A stretch of DNA of 64,000 nucleotides, taken from assembly GCA_010909165.1 (NCBI GenBank), contig MU008164.1, forward strand, positions 434,001-498,000, read 5' to 3'. Shown piece by piece: positions 1 to 12,730 of this stretch (position 1 is the stretch's first letter; every line of letters begins with the position of its first letter). This DNA comes from Anthoceros angustus. Taxonomy: Eukaryota > Plantae > Anthocerotophyta. The notes under the pieces were generated by a model. It was not told the DNA's origin. It saw only the letters and a program-made list of their open reading frames with translations, and ran no database searches. The translations under genes and the position numbers were made by a program.

Positions 1-2338
1 ACAAGGTTGACGAAGCATGGACATTATTACTTGGCCCGGTCATATCGAAGGGAGAATAGAGGAAGGCGTATTGCCTCACTAGTATGATAGACCGCGAATG
101 CGACAACATGGAAGCAATCCGGATTGGCAACGATTCGTGGCAAAACTTATGTCATGGGAGTACGGGAATCACACTTTGCGGCGAAGCATTTGACATGGCA
201 CTGTGGAAAACGGTTTCGATGTCGAGGCTCACGTGTAACGCGGTCTCACACTTCGTGAGATGCGGGTTCTAGCTACGCACCACAATATTATGCCTGACAA
301 GAGAAGAAAATGTCTTTCATCGAGTGTGAGGTATCTCCGTGATGAGTCATTGCCAAGCGTGAAGGGTGCATATGACTATGGCATGGAAATTCAATTTGTA
401 CAAGGTTCGGGCCTCATTGACGACGACGAGGGAGAGAAGACGACGCTATAAGCAAAACAAGGTGGATAACAGGACTCATATACTTTGTATTGCAAAGCAA
501 GAAGGGAGAATTTGGGAGAATATTGACAAAATATTTACGAGTGGGAGGTCAGGAGTTTAATGTAAAAGACACACAGCAGTACAAGCAAGAAGGGCAAAGG
601 AAAACTAAGGTCGGGAAGATTCCGTAAGGTTGCAACAGATATGTGAAGTCAAGGACATGCTAGCAAAGCCATGGAAGGCTTTCAGGTATACCGCAGCGAG
701 TGTGGACAATGATATTACTTACAAGAAAAAAGTATTAGGGTCCGATAGACGAAAGGCATGGAGGACGACATCACTTTGCGGAAGAAGTCGCATATCATCC
801 AAGTTGCTATGGCGAAGCATCTGATCGCATCGCTTTGAGGAAGTCCGGAGAATACCCACGCATTCAACGGACGCTATGATCGCGCGTTTCAAACACGCTT
901 GCGAAAGGTAAATCTTCCCTTGACCGAATTTTTCCTTTACCATCTGCTGATGGAGCCGGCGCCTCCGCCGATGGCGCGCCGCCGCGCCCGCCGCTTGATG
1001 GATGCGGCGCGCCGCCGCCGCGCCACACGCATGGATGCGGCGCCGGCCGGCCGCCGCCCACGCTGATGATGCTGGCGCCGGCCGCCTCATGGTGCGCAGC
1101 GCGGGCCGCCGCCCTCCACCTTGTGTGAGCATGAAGGGTTTTGGCCGGCGCCCACAGATGTGTCGATGGCGGCGCCGGCCGCGCCTCCACATGTGGCGAG
1201 CAAGCCCTTATGTGTCCTTACGCTTTTGGGTTTTATTGTGCAAAGAATTAAAAGACATCGACAACCCGTCTGCTTAAGATTTCCAGCACTTCATTTTGAG
1301 GTAAACAACCGGAAAGGGCTGGAAATTGAGCAGGGCCTTAGCGACAAAGATATGGAAGACGGCTATTTGTTTTCAACGCCCGCAATGACTCTCAAGTTGA
1401 TCGATTGAGACCAGGCTGGACATGCGTGGCTATTTACGCACACGCCAAGACTTTCGTGATGGATGCCGAGGGGCTTCAATATAGGCCCAATGGATACAAG
1501 AATTAACGGAGTATGATGTCATCTGTTCGAGAGTTTTGGAGAAGACAACGCCGAGGAATTCCGCTTTATTGTGATGCATGGAGTGGAGGACCCACACCGA
1601 GAATGTATGAGAAAGTGGTGCCGAAAAGGTGGGATGGTGTCCTTCGCTTTGGGACAAGACGAACATGCACGCCGAGGGGTGGGTCAGAAACATTGGAGTA
1701 CGCCATCGTGGTGTGAAGGAAGAATGTTCAAGAGACAAGGCCAACATGCTCCCCGAAATCAGCGAGGAGATTCAATAATGGGAGATCCGTCATTACTCAC
1801 GACACGCCAGAAGAAGCATGTATACTTATCTCACGACAAACGTGGTGTGCTCTACCAACGCCACCGGGCCTTTTTGTGGAGGCATTTTCCAAAGAAGGAG
1901 AGTGGGTGGTTGATGCATGTTCCGGAGTGGCACAACTATCCCGGGTGCATTATTGAGTGGTCGAATCATTATCAAGCGGACATGAGATGCGCGGGTTATA
2001 TTCCCAACGATTCATGGGTTTGAAGTGTTACCAAATGAAGAGAAGAGCTTACATTTGATCCGCATGGACGAGGACCCTCGCCTGGGCCAAGGAAGTGTGC
2101 ATTAGTGACACGATCGCATGAAAGCCCGATTGTGTCTTTACGAGAAGGAAGAGAATGAGCGATAACAACACTTTGGAAGAGGGGCACGACTTTGGATGCG
2201 GGGGACATACCGAGGCAATACCCACTGTGTAAACGACGCCACGGAGATTCTCTTGCTCGAGGAAATAGATACGCTCGAGATACTAGGAATACTTTGCGAA
2301 CGCGTAGTGTTAGATCTCGGTAGAGCTTTCCTCTTCTG
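1..2338 (+). pseudogene. Frameshifted (or mis-assembled) gene: ParB/Srx-like N-terminal domain plus beta-class DNA amino-methyltransferase (N6_N4_Mtase-like); 5' end lies outside the window
   Basis: Manual translation across frameshifts. ParB-like part: KTYVMG/GNHTL (142-178) and GLTLREMRVLATHHN (242-286). MTase part, in beta-class order: FVMD/MPRGFNI/AQW (1453-1493, degenerate motif IV), LWDKTN...SETLEYAIVV (1647-1713), YQRH (1853-1864), FSKEGEWVVDACSG[S]GTTIPGALLSGR (1885-1964, SAM-binding motif I, with one base missing). Confidence 0.65.
950..1200. repeat. GC-rich degenerate minisatellite (ATGG..GGCGCCGGCCGCC-type units)
   Basis: Repeated ggcgccggccgc / gcgcgccgccgc units in otherwise ~48% GC DNA. 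Could encode an Ala/Pro linker (MAAPAAPP) or lie in an intron starting near 908 (AG|GTAAAT). Confidence 0.5.
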
Positions 2339-2637
2339 AGAGTAGTTTGTTGTTTTCAAGTGAGCACAAGTAACGAGAACTGCTCACATTATGTGATGTT
2401 TTTACTCCGTTGGACAACAGCTTTTAATAGTGCTTTCATCGCCCATAGCATAAAATCGGAATAGCCTACCGGACCCTAAAATCCTTCACGCACTATACGG
2501 AACACGACAAAGATGCGCATCTATGGTCATGTTCGTTATGTCCCTCCTGAAATAGGGGATATTCGGCCGGTGCGCAATCGGACAAGAGGGTTCACCCCTC
2601 TTCTAAGGGGGTTTGTATATTAACCCCCTTGCAACTT

Positions 2638-5600
2638 TATCGTGTTTCACCGATATCCTTCATTTCAAACTTGTTGCTCAGCATTTCTTTGACCTCAGCT
2701 AACAAGGGTTGGCTATTAGTGGCCAAAATCACGTCATCAACATACAGTGCTAGAATGACGTAGGCAGTTCCCTTCGTTAGCTTGTAAACAGTACCATCAG
2801 CTGAGCTTTGAACAAATGAGTTGTTAATCAAGTGCTCATGTATAGTGAAATACCAGACTCTGCCACTCTATTTCAAACCATAAATGGTCTTCAGTAGCTT
2901 CAGAACTTTCTTTGGATACTTAGAGTCTTCATACCCTTCTGGCTGTACCATGTAAAGGTCTTCATCTAACGCACCATACAAGAAAGCTGTGCATACGTCC
3001 ATTTGCTGCAAGTCCAGGTCAAACTCGGCTGCTAGGGCGATTATCATCCTAATTGACTGTGCCCTAACAACAGGAGAGAATGTTTCCTGATAGTCTAGCC
3101 TTCCACTTGCGTGAATCCCCTTGCAACCAGTCGTGCTTTATATCTGGCAATCTCTCCCTTAGCATTCAACTTTAACTTGAAAACCCACTTGCGTGAGGTA
3201 GGTTTTCTGCCAGGTGGGAGGTCTACTAACTTCCACGTGTTATTCTTGACGAGAGAATTGTATTCATCGTCTACTGCAAACTTCCACTTATCTCGTCAGG
3301 ACCTGAATATGCTTCTATTAAAGACTTGGGCTCCAGGTGTATAGTGCTAGAAGCAGAATTGCAGATGTCGGCATATGCTGTTCTAAAGTCGATTGATTCA
3401 TAACGTGGCTCTTTCCATTGCTCTGGTGGAGGACGATTTCTGGTAGAACGTCGCAGAGGAGGATCTGGCTCTTCATCTTGAGCAGAAAAGGCCGTTTATC
3501 TCGTGTACATGTTCCATGACCATTTGATAATCATCATCCACCGCTAGATCAAGATTCGGATTAGGAAAGGTACATCCTCATACTCATATGGATCGTCGAT
3601 TAAGCAACATTTGCGGTGATGCGCAGGTGGAGGGGTATGAGGACCGGTTGAGGGGAGGTAATATCAGGGTTGACAGCTTGTATCATCTCCCTCGTCATGA
3701 GTGTCATTATCAGGAAAATGAACAGCGTCGTATGGTAGCCGAGGTATGCCATTTTCTCTCCGCTGGGTGGCCGATTATGAGGGGCTGTCAATCTCAAGAA
3801 ATGTGATGAACGTGCTAACACAACGATTTGTGGTCATAAAGTTTGTAAGCTTTGACCGCTCACTATACCCGACAAAACAAGTGCTTGGGCTCTCGGATCC
3901 GACTTCTACGCTTCTCCTCGGGATGAGAGCAAAAGCACGTGAACCAAACATAGATGTAGCAACCGGGTTTTGCTGCGTTTCCCTCATATGGAGTCCGAGA
4001 GGACCGAACTTGTAAAAGTCGATTGAGAATATAGATGGCGCAACAATGGCTTCAACCCAATACTCTTGAGGTAAGTTAGCCCACAATAACATACTCCGTG
4101 TCATGGCCAGCAAGGTTTGATTTTTCCTTTCCACGCCCATTCCGCTATGGAGTGTAGGGATTGTAAGTTGACGTTGATCCCCTCTCTTGCGTGAATGTGT
4201 CAAAAGCCTCATTGATTTAATTTTGTCCATTGTCATCCAAGGTACTTGACAAAAGAACCAAATGCTTTTTCAGTCAATAGCCAATCACGGAAGAGCTCGA
4301 ATGTATCACTCTTAAAGTGCATCGGAACGCCCAAGTATATCGAGAATAGTCCTGATGCAGTAGGTAATAGATAGAACCACCCAGATGGGACATGTATCTT
4401 ACGAGATGTCTGCATGAACTAACTCAAGGACAACGATGCTCGTAGGTTGCGAAATCGAAAGGGATGGGCCTTCGCTTAGCAACAATGCAGCTTCACAAGA
4501 AGGTAAGTCCTTGAAAACTGGAAGAGGCTCAAGGTGGCACTCTTGCATGACATGTCAACTAGTTTTCTTATTAACGTGACCAAGCCGTGCTACGTGACGA
4601 AGACGTTGGGACTTCTGAGACAAGGCACCCGTGTCTGAGGTGCATAAATCAAGTCTATACAGATCATGATCTAATGTACCTTTAAATGCCGATTGAAGGC
4701 TCGACCTCTTGTAGAAGAGACAAGTATCCTCACTAGTCATGTCATATGCTCGTCGCATCGCTTTGTCGAGAGAGACCAAGTTCTTCGCCATGGATGGCAC
4801 ATAGAGTACATTTTCCAGGGTAAGAATGGATCCATCGTGCAAAGTAAATTTACACATGCCACTGCCATGGATTTGGAGACTGGAATGATGTCGTTCATCT
4901 CCCAACAGTACTCTTTCAGCCATTCTGTTAGATTGCAGCACATAAAACTGATCTTTGCTTCTGCAGATGTGAGATGTGGCACCAGAATCCAAGTACCAGC
5001 CATCTTCATCACATATGGAACGAGCAAGGCACATTGTTAGGATCTTCACCACAGGTTTGGTGTCACCAGATGTCTTCTCCTTAATCGCAACAGTTGCAGA
5101 ACTAGTTGAGCTTTTAGGAGCACGTTTAGGTTCCCCTGCCTTCTTTTTCTTGCATTCCCTGGCCCAATGTCCAGCTATACCACACCAATTGCAGTTGCCT
5201 GGACGTTTAGTTGGACCAGCGGAATCAACTGTTACCTCCAACTTTTCCTTTGCCTTTGAATGATTTGGGAGTCGTGAATAATGCCTTCTCCGCTCTACTT
5301 TTAGAAGTGTTTGAAGAAAACATCCGGCTTTGCTCCTCCCGATACAAAGCGCCTATGACATCCTCTAATGTGATGTTTGCAAGCACTTCCAGCAGAAGCA
5401 GCAACATTGACTCCTCAAGGGTCCATTCGCTAGTAACAAAGGATTGGTACGATGAAGGAGTCTCGCGAGGAGTTCAGCCACAAGATCTACTTCCTCCATC
5501 TTCGCATGTATAGAGCCATTTGGGCTCTAAGGTGACGGAATTTACTTGTGAAAGCCGCCACCTTATCCCCTCTTTCATCCTCAAGGCATAAAACTCATAC

Positions 5601-5930
5601 TTAACACCAACAAGGTCAAGACATTTGTAGCCTCAGTATGTCTTCTCCAGTCCAGATTGTAAGCTTTGTCGAGAAACTCGACCGGGAAATGAGGTCAGAT
5701 GCAATCTCGCTATTAGTAGAGCAATTGCAATCTTCAATTCATCCACTCCGATCCGATCCGCAGATGGTGCCGGAGTTGCATTGGGGTCGGGGGTAGTCCC
5801 ATCCACTATTTTCCACATACCGGGCTAACAAGATGGACTTCATCCTGACATGCCAGACAACAGAGTGTGAGCCGTTAAACCGATCTTTTCTTTCAGCTCG
5901 ACGGTATGTGGGTTTAACCATCAGAGACAT
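2638..5930 (-). mobile_element. Ty1/copia LTR retrotransposon gag-pol, degenerate and truncated in RT (RNase H missing)
   Basis: Gag (RFNGS..VWHVRMKSILL, MWKIVDGT), zinc knuckle CNWCGIAGHWAREC, protease WYLDSGATSHIC, integrase (ERKNQTLLAMTRSML, CFVGYS), RT (LYVDDVIL, FEMKDIGE). Domain order PR-IN-RT. Confidence 0.95.
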
Positions 5931-7370
5931 GATTGCCGGAGTATTGTTATGGATTGCTTACAATCGTCAAGACTAAGTGCTTAAACAAGCTACTTAAGGT
6001 ATCCACAGATAAGAGGGGTCCCGTGGACATATGAAGCTAACGAGGTAATGTGAGCTATGGCTCAAACTACAGTCGAGTACAAAATGCCCTTTAGACTTTG
6101 CTATGAAAATTACAGATCTCGATGTGTACCTAACAAGATAAGATGTGAGTCACCGGTCAGATACAGGAGAAGGGATAGAAAAGCTATCCTAGCTCTGTGT
6201 CTTGATGTCCAAGGTCAATAACTCTTGTTATGCATACATCGGTGGACGGAAAAACAAAAAAAAATTTTTATCGCAGCTTTTGCCTAACTTATGCAAGAAA
6301 CGAGTTGGTGTTTCTGTTAAGCAGAGCAAAGACGTCTCTTCAGGACTCATGAGAACAACAAAGGGTTGCGCAGTGTCAATGCCTCAGCGTAAGAATCCCG
6401 CCAGCATAAAGAACTATAACGCCGCTAATAGGTCGGCATGGCTTGCACATGCAGGCGCCTTCGCTGGAGAGAGAACACGCGACCTCAAAGCTCCAGTGTG
6501 CCACCGCGTTGCCAAGAGGCGTGAAGACACACGCGACGCCTCACACCTCGTTGCTCCCAAGGTGGAAGATGGGAACACCGGCAGAATGATCGAGCAAAGA
6601 ATCTCCAATCTTTGCGGTGATCGGTGATTCCTTGATCTTCAATGTCCATTTCTCGCTGAAACATCAAATTTGCTCGAGCTTGCATGTTGTTGACGAAAAT
6701 TCTTGTGTTGATTGATTACATTGTGTTGAGAATCTCTTTGAGGGAAGATTCAAGAATCTAGAGGCGGCCTCAGGCAATCGCAGGAGGAGCCTCCACTAGA
6801 AGAAGGAAATGATCCGATCGAACCGGTCTTGGTGGTCTGGAGTTGGCAAAGAGATGCCCGCGGTATGCGAGATTGCCTCTGTCGTCCTCCTCGATCTTTG
6901 TAAAACGGCCACGGGCCCGTAATCTCTAATTTGAAAATCCTTTGCTGGAGTCAAGTAGTTCGCACGCCTCCGTCCCTTGACCAATTTTGTTACAAAGACC
7001 GCCTTCCCACCATTGAATATGGGCGCTTGAGTCCACCGAGTCCTAGGGGCTTGTGTAATTATCACATCCGCAAAACGTGAGCCACGCCCGACGGCCAAAT
7101 CCACCGCCACGAGGCATTATCAATAACGAGAAAACATCGATCCTTAAAAGGCTCACGATACCATGTGAAGTATCATTACATAATCATTTGCTAGATTTGA
7201 CTATAGCTAAGAGGCTTAGGCAGAGCACACACAAACATGTGTATCCGAATGAATTAATTGAACATATATCAAAAAGGTCTCATATGTGTTCATTAAATAG
7301 CCAAACCCTAAAAACAAAAAGGTATATCTAAATATGATAAGTTAAGCTAATGGCAACTTAACCCGTAACA

Positions 7371-10300
7371 TCGTATATCTAGCCTCCGCAAAGGGTTGTT
7401 GTTGTTAAAGTCCTTCACATTGCTTTAAATTAGATGGAATGCAAATATTTGATTGACTTGATTAAAATAATTTACAATTCTGATATATTTAAAGGTTTAA
7501 AGGTTGGAAGAGTGTTATCTAGTCATCTTCATAACAAAAAGTACTTCAAAATACCCGTCAACTTTACGATCATGTGAAACCTTGGGGCATCTAGAGGTTG
7601 GAAAATACTGGTCATTTCGTAATCATGTGACACATAGAGTCGAGGGTAGCCTGAGCATCCTTAAAACCCCTCAATTCTAGATTTTGGGTTGAATAGGGGC
7701 CGTCACCGCAGATAGAGTGCCTTCCATTTTATCTCTACACTACCACCTCCAAGTAGCGAAGTGCTTGTGGCCGATGCATGATCCATATATGTTACCACCA
7801 TTAATGACCTCATCGTCACATTCTTGCAAGTTTACCTCAAAGCTTGGTAGCCGCTTTCATGATCACGATTGAACGTGACTGGATATGTCAATGGAGTTTG
7901 ACAAGCTCCTGGCCGAGGACGTGATGAAGACTCCTCCTCACAGTCAGTTTCAGGACATTCTCCTAAGCCTTTGATCATACGCTTGAGAGCCTCCGAGGGA
8001 CCGATTGCTTCAAGCTACGGCGGTGAAGACTGGAATTGCCACCTAGCTTTCCCTTGAGTTTCTAGAGGCATAATGGCTAGTTTGCAATGAACCATATCAA
8101 TTAAATCTTGAAACTATCCATGTCATGCTATTGATAGAAACATACGCGCTTTTTTCATGAAACGGCGTGGTCTCGGTGCTGCTCGCCCTGGGCACAGAGC
8201 CTGCATTTAATTGGCATAAGCTAGCTTGGTGTGGCATAAGCCATTGTTGCATCTTCTCTCACAGACTGTCTTGCAAATTGTTAGAAATCTATAGGATTGG
8301 TGCAACACATCCCATATTAGAGTTCGGAGAATAAGTCATAAAAGTGTTTAGGACAATGTGGATCCGAGATAGGATTCATACCTATTGAGAGTAGTCAAGG
8401 CCAAGGGCTATATATGTATGCATAGCACACTTTTTGAATGTATTGAACTTGGGACTTATTGTTTTCTAATGTAAATCCCCATCTCCAAGTTCCCTGCTGT
8501 TCTTCTTCTTCCCGCCTTTCACCCAAGTGTGAGATGGCTTCCTTCGCTGGCAGTCAAGCGACGAGACTTTACATGGATCCGAGGCGATTCCTATGGTGGG
8601 TTGCATGCTTGCATGATCGTAGAGCTAGGTCCTCCTCTCTTGCATCACATTCCGGACCAGCGGGTCCACACCCCACGACCCGGACTGCGCCGGTCCGCAT
8701 CTACGGCCTATTCTCAAGTTTTGCTTATGTTGCGATGCCTTTGCTTTTGCCTTTGGCTTGCCTTATTTGCCTGATGGGCGTCACTTTGGGTTGGCGAAGA
8801 TGGTGCGGATATTGATGTCCACGGATGCTTGCAAGTAGGCCGACACGGGCGTGGTTCTACAATCCGGAGGCAGCGACAATCAAACCACGCTGCACCGGCT
8901 CTTTTCCTAATCGGCCCGTGTCCCCGAGCATCCGCAAGGTGAGGTTTTGCCCTGCATCCGTGAGATGCGCCTTTGAGTGGGTGCCTCGGTTGGGGATCTC
9001 GGGGCCGAGGCGCTAGCTATTTGCATCCTCCTTGAATGCAAGGCATTCCTCCCTCGACGTGATTTTATTATGCATCGATTTCCATGTGCGCTTCGGAGTT
9101 GTCATATGGAAGTCGGACGATTAACGATTTGGACAACCCATTGTTGGAGAAGATCAAGAGAGAGCGTGGGTACAAGCCTTGCATAGATGATACATACGCC
9201 GAGGCGGCGGGTTTGATTTTACATTTGCATCGATCTCCCTTCCGTGCCTTGTCTCTAGGCTAGGTCCGATGGTTGGCGTGTTGTTGCAGATGCCACACGG
9301 TGCCGCCTCCGGCCACATTGACAAATTCGAGGACAAGGCGCGGCATTTCTTTGGAGCATCTGCTGCGAGGAGATCGATTCGTGCTCGGCACCGGTGCGCC
9401 AACATCTCCAAAGTCCCTAGACGTGCTAGGTATCTTTGCGCTATGAGCTAGTACTTCACAATTGATTTGGTGGGTTCGGTGGTCGTTGGATGCGCCAGCA
9501 GCTTTGACGTGGGATTACGATGGACGAGGATCCGCTCAAGATAACCAAGGGTGACTTCATCATCCTCCCGGATGTACCACATTCACTCGGACGAATCTTT
9601 ATTCATCAAGGTTCGCTCTCTGTTGCCTCGCTTAGTCTACCTTCTTCGCGGCAACTTGCTTTCAATAAAGGTCTTGCAAGGAAGCTTGTGGTGGTTTGAA
9701 GATTGTACCATTGAGGTGCATTTAGGTGTTGGTGGGTTAATATTATTGAAATCGTAAGGTGCATTGAGGCTCTTCATGGAGGTGCCTTCATGGATGCATT
9801 TGAGAGACCTACCGACAAGATCGGTCAACTACACGGAGATCGCCCGAGATGATAACGCTGACAAATTGGAAGCCCGTGAGTTAACGCTGTTTCAACCCAT
9901 CGGCATCACCCTAACCAATCGTGTCCATTTCAATGCTCATGTAATGCGGTTTCCCATAAATCTTGCCGCTGTTTGTCCGCTTGATGGCCAGGCGGCTTAC
10001 GCCAAGATCGCATGTAGATCTCATCCATCCTCTTAGGGAGCCTAACCTAGCCTTCACGGGCAAGCGCAAAGGATGGGTCATTAGTTCCGACTTCCAAGGA
10101 GTTGATGATGCAACTAGTTTGGTGCATGTACCAAACCCGATTTGATGCCGGTGAAAGAATATAATTGATTGGCTGTCTATCTAGTCACCGTTCCTTTCAG
10201 TTCCTGTTTGCAGGCACCCACTCACCGCGGGTGCCTGCCGCTTAGATCCCGCCTTTTGGGAGGTACGGCTCCCGAGCCTCACTTCAGAACTGGTTTGAAC

Positions 10301-10399
10301 CGGTGCCGCCAAGTTTCCTCTTCCTCGCGCCTACATTTTTGTTTCCTAAACCATTCCCTAGTCGGTGGCGTGGCGTCAAGCCATTGCTGCCAAGTTTGT
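7371..10399 (+). repeat. ~3.2-kb tandem repeat unit, copy 1 (5'-truncated)
   Basis: Colinear with 15673-18843, 18844-22059 and 22060-23976; the AT-rich blocks are near-identical. Confidence 0.95.
8800..9880 (+). pseudogene. ARD: Acireductone dioxygenase (ARD, cupin; methionine salvage), copy 1, frameshifted as assembled
   Basis: TRAWFYNPE, KIKRERGY, IDKFEDKARHFF, DESLFIK, LRLFMEVPSW, separated by short introns. Confidence 0.85.
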
Positions 10400-10584
10400 A
10401 TTAGGAACGGCCCAGGGGCGCCCGGCGGCGGCCGTGAGGCGAGACCGTTCGATTTCGGCCCGGCCCCGTCCTGGCGTAAGGAAGCGGCCGAGTCTGGGGC
10501 CGAACGCGCTTGCTATTGTGACCGGTGGAGCCGCAGGTCTGAAATAGAGTTGTTGTTGCGTGGCGAGTTATACTTTTTCTCTCA

Positions 10585-12730
10585 CTACGATGTAAGCACT
10601 TTCACATTTCCTGATCTTGGTTTTACCATTCTTAAAGTGTTTTCTCTGCGAGATGTTGCTCGTTATTTATCGAATCCAGCATTGGCTAGATGTCGCACAT
10701 ACGCAGTGTAGGATATGCTCCTTCTACCTCATTGCAGCGGAACACGCCAGGGTTGGCACAACATTTGCAAAGGCACAACACATTTTTGTTGCTGTTAGTT
10801 GAATGAAGTGAGTATGGCCAAGTTGCTTAGCTATCTGCACGAACTTCAGATGAACTTGCACCTTGTCCGCGTCCTCAAAGTCATCAAGATTAAACGGAGG
10901 CTGCAGAACACTGAGAAGCACTTAATTGCCACAGTAGGACATGTTGTCAGGAAACTCACAATGTTGACAAGTTTGTCAATGCCCTCAAGATTCGGGAATG
11001 CGTCCGTCAGCGAGTTGTCGTCCGGTACTGCGTTGAGAAAGGAATGCTCACAAACTGTCCCTTGGTTTCATCCACATTATCATCTTCCTTCATTTCCAGC
11101 TTTCACCTGGAAAATGCTACAAGGCATGCCCTAGCAATTTCTTCAGCCACATAGCCGTCTGCTGTAATCCTAGCCTGCACAATCAAGAGCTCGAACGAGC
11201 TAATCACGCCTTACAGGATGATCCTCTTTTGAAAGCCAGCATGTCCTCACCTGCAAGCGGTGTCTCTATATCAATTCAGTCACCTTGACCCGATCGGTGG
11301 AACTGGGTATTTAGATGCCACCACCTGAAATACAAGAAACCCGATGAGGTACTTCATGTTTACAAGAAGACATCAAGTCTGTATCCACCTGCCATCTAGT
11401 ACCTGGCTATGCGCTTCGACAAGGTTGGCACGGTGCCAAAGTGGCCCATGAAATTCCGTACCTCCTCGATGCTCTTGAAATGCCGAAAACTGGAACCCTC
11501 CTCACGCCTCACAGGAGGAAAAAAAACGTAAGTCTTCTCAAGATCTCCGGTCCCGACGGTCCTTCGTCTTGGTCTAGACATCCTTGTAAGCTCACGGAGT
11601 ATGACAAGATGGAGGCGATTTCTCCAACTTCAAACTTGATGGGCAGAGAGTCGCTTGGGCCATCTAGCTCGCCTTGTGGGCAAATGCAAGTGCATCATGA
11701 GCACAACCATCGCCGACGTCACCGTCCCATGCGTCAGCAGCCAAGTGTAAAAGCGTGCTGTCTGCACGGACAAGACTGAAGATGTCGCAGTTCACCCACG
11801 TCAAGATGCAAACAAACACTGTGAAAATGCGCCCATTCAACCCCCGACGCCCACCCCACCTCGCACCCAACACCCACACCATCGTGGGAGGATCCGACGC
11901 ACCCGTAAAACAAAGAATACCACCTCGAAGAAGGACTTCAAAACGGCCTGGAAGAAGGACTTGAAACGGCCCGGTAGCAAGACTCAAGATGGCATAATGC
12001 GAAAACCGATTCCACCAGAGAATAAAACGTCAAGACACAAGTCATCGCTGTGGTCGTCACCGAGATGGCCGGGTTGATGCAAACACCATCTCAAGGAACG
12101 GCACATCTACCTCGATCCCGAGGCATCTCGCATCCACTGCGATGTAGAGTGTACGCCCGTGTCACGCCGTAACTCACTTTCCGGGATCGGCCCCGGTGCG
12201 GCATGAAGGGTCTCCTGATCAGCGGTGGCCTGACCTCCGGAGCTGGAACGGCGCGTGGAGACCCTCCGCAGGTGGGAACTCTCGTGTCCACCTCGAACAA
12301 TCGCGCATCAGAAACTTGCGGGATCAGACCACATCCGCCAGGTCACCTCATCCCCGTCCGAACCTCCCTTGCGCCTCCGCCACCGGCGCCATGGCGAAGC
12401 CCTCCCGACGTAGCCGGCCGGCCTGTGTAGCCTCGACTCGCCCCCATCCCCGACCGCCGACCTCCAGCAGCAGTTTGCTGCTCGGGAGGGCCGGATCCCC
12501 GACACCACACGGCAGCGCCAATCGAGCTATATGGATGAGGATGAGGGCATAAACACATGTCCGTGGCCAGCAGCCGAGCCGAAGATACCTAAGTGCCCAC
12601 CGGCGCCCCCTATGCATGGAGTGACGGGCTTCATTGTCATGAATATGGCGAAGCCGCGAACCGCCATAAATATGAGCTGGAAGATGCAAAAGGGCACGGA
12701 GCCGCACTCACAAATTGTGGAAGGAACGCC
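10585..12730 (-). pseudogene. RDR: Truncated RNA-dependent RNA polymerase (RDR, resembles the gamma clade), lacking the catalytic DxDGD region
   Basis: In RdRP order: VPFCIFQLIFMAVRGF; KTYVFF...KSIEEVRNFMGHFGTVPTLSKRIAR; DGYVAEEIARAC; RHLANAGFD; KNGKTKIRKCESAYIV. The sequence stops at the element's subterminal repeat. Confidence 0.65.

Larger units (their letters stand above)
1..2637 (+). mobile_element. Right end of a putative hairpin-terminated DNA element (Helitron/Helentron-like) carrying the ParB-MTase gene and abutting a copia RT
   Basis: Two adjacent perfect hairpins: AAGAGGG/CCCTCTT (2584-2602) and AAGGGGGTT/AACCCCCTT (2605-2630). They sit immediately before the point where the copia RT is cut off. 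No Rep/helicase is seen in the window. Confidence 0.4.

Noticed and set aside
719-1277. Overlapping Arg/Ala/Pro-rich ORFs on both strands
   Set aside because: A by-product of a GC-rich degenerate repeat that lacks stop codons.
2584-2640. Hairpins as bacterial rho-independent terminators or contamination
   Set aside because: There is no proper U-tract, and the DNA is contiguous with a plant copia element; better explained as an element terminus.
6200-7370. Possible copia 5' LTR/PBS and ORFs 6202-6627 and 6796-7110
   Set aside because: No convincing tRNA-iMet PBS or second LTR copy in the window, and no recognisable protein motifs.
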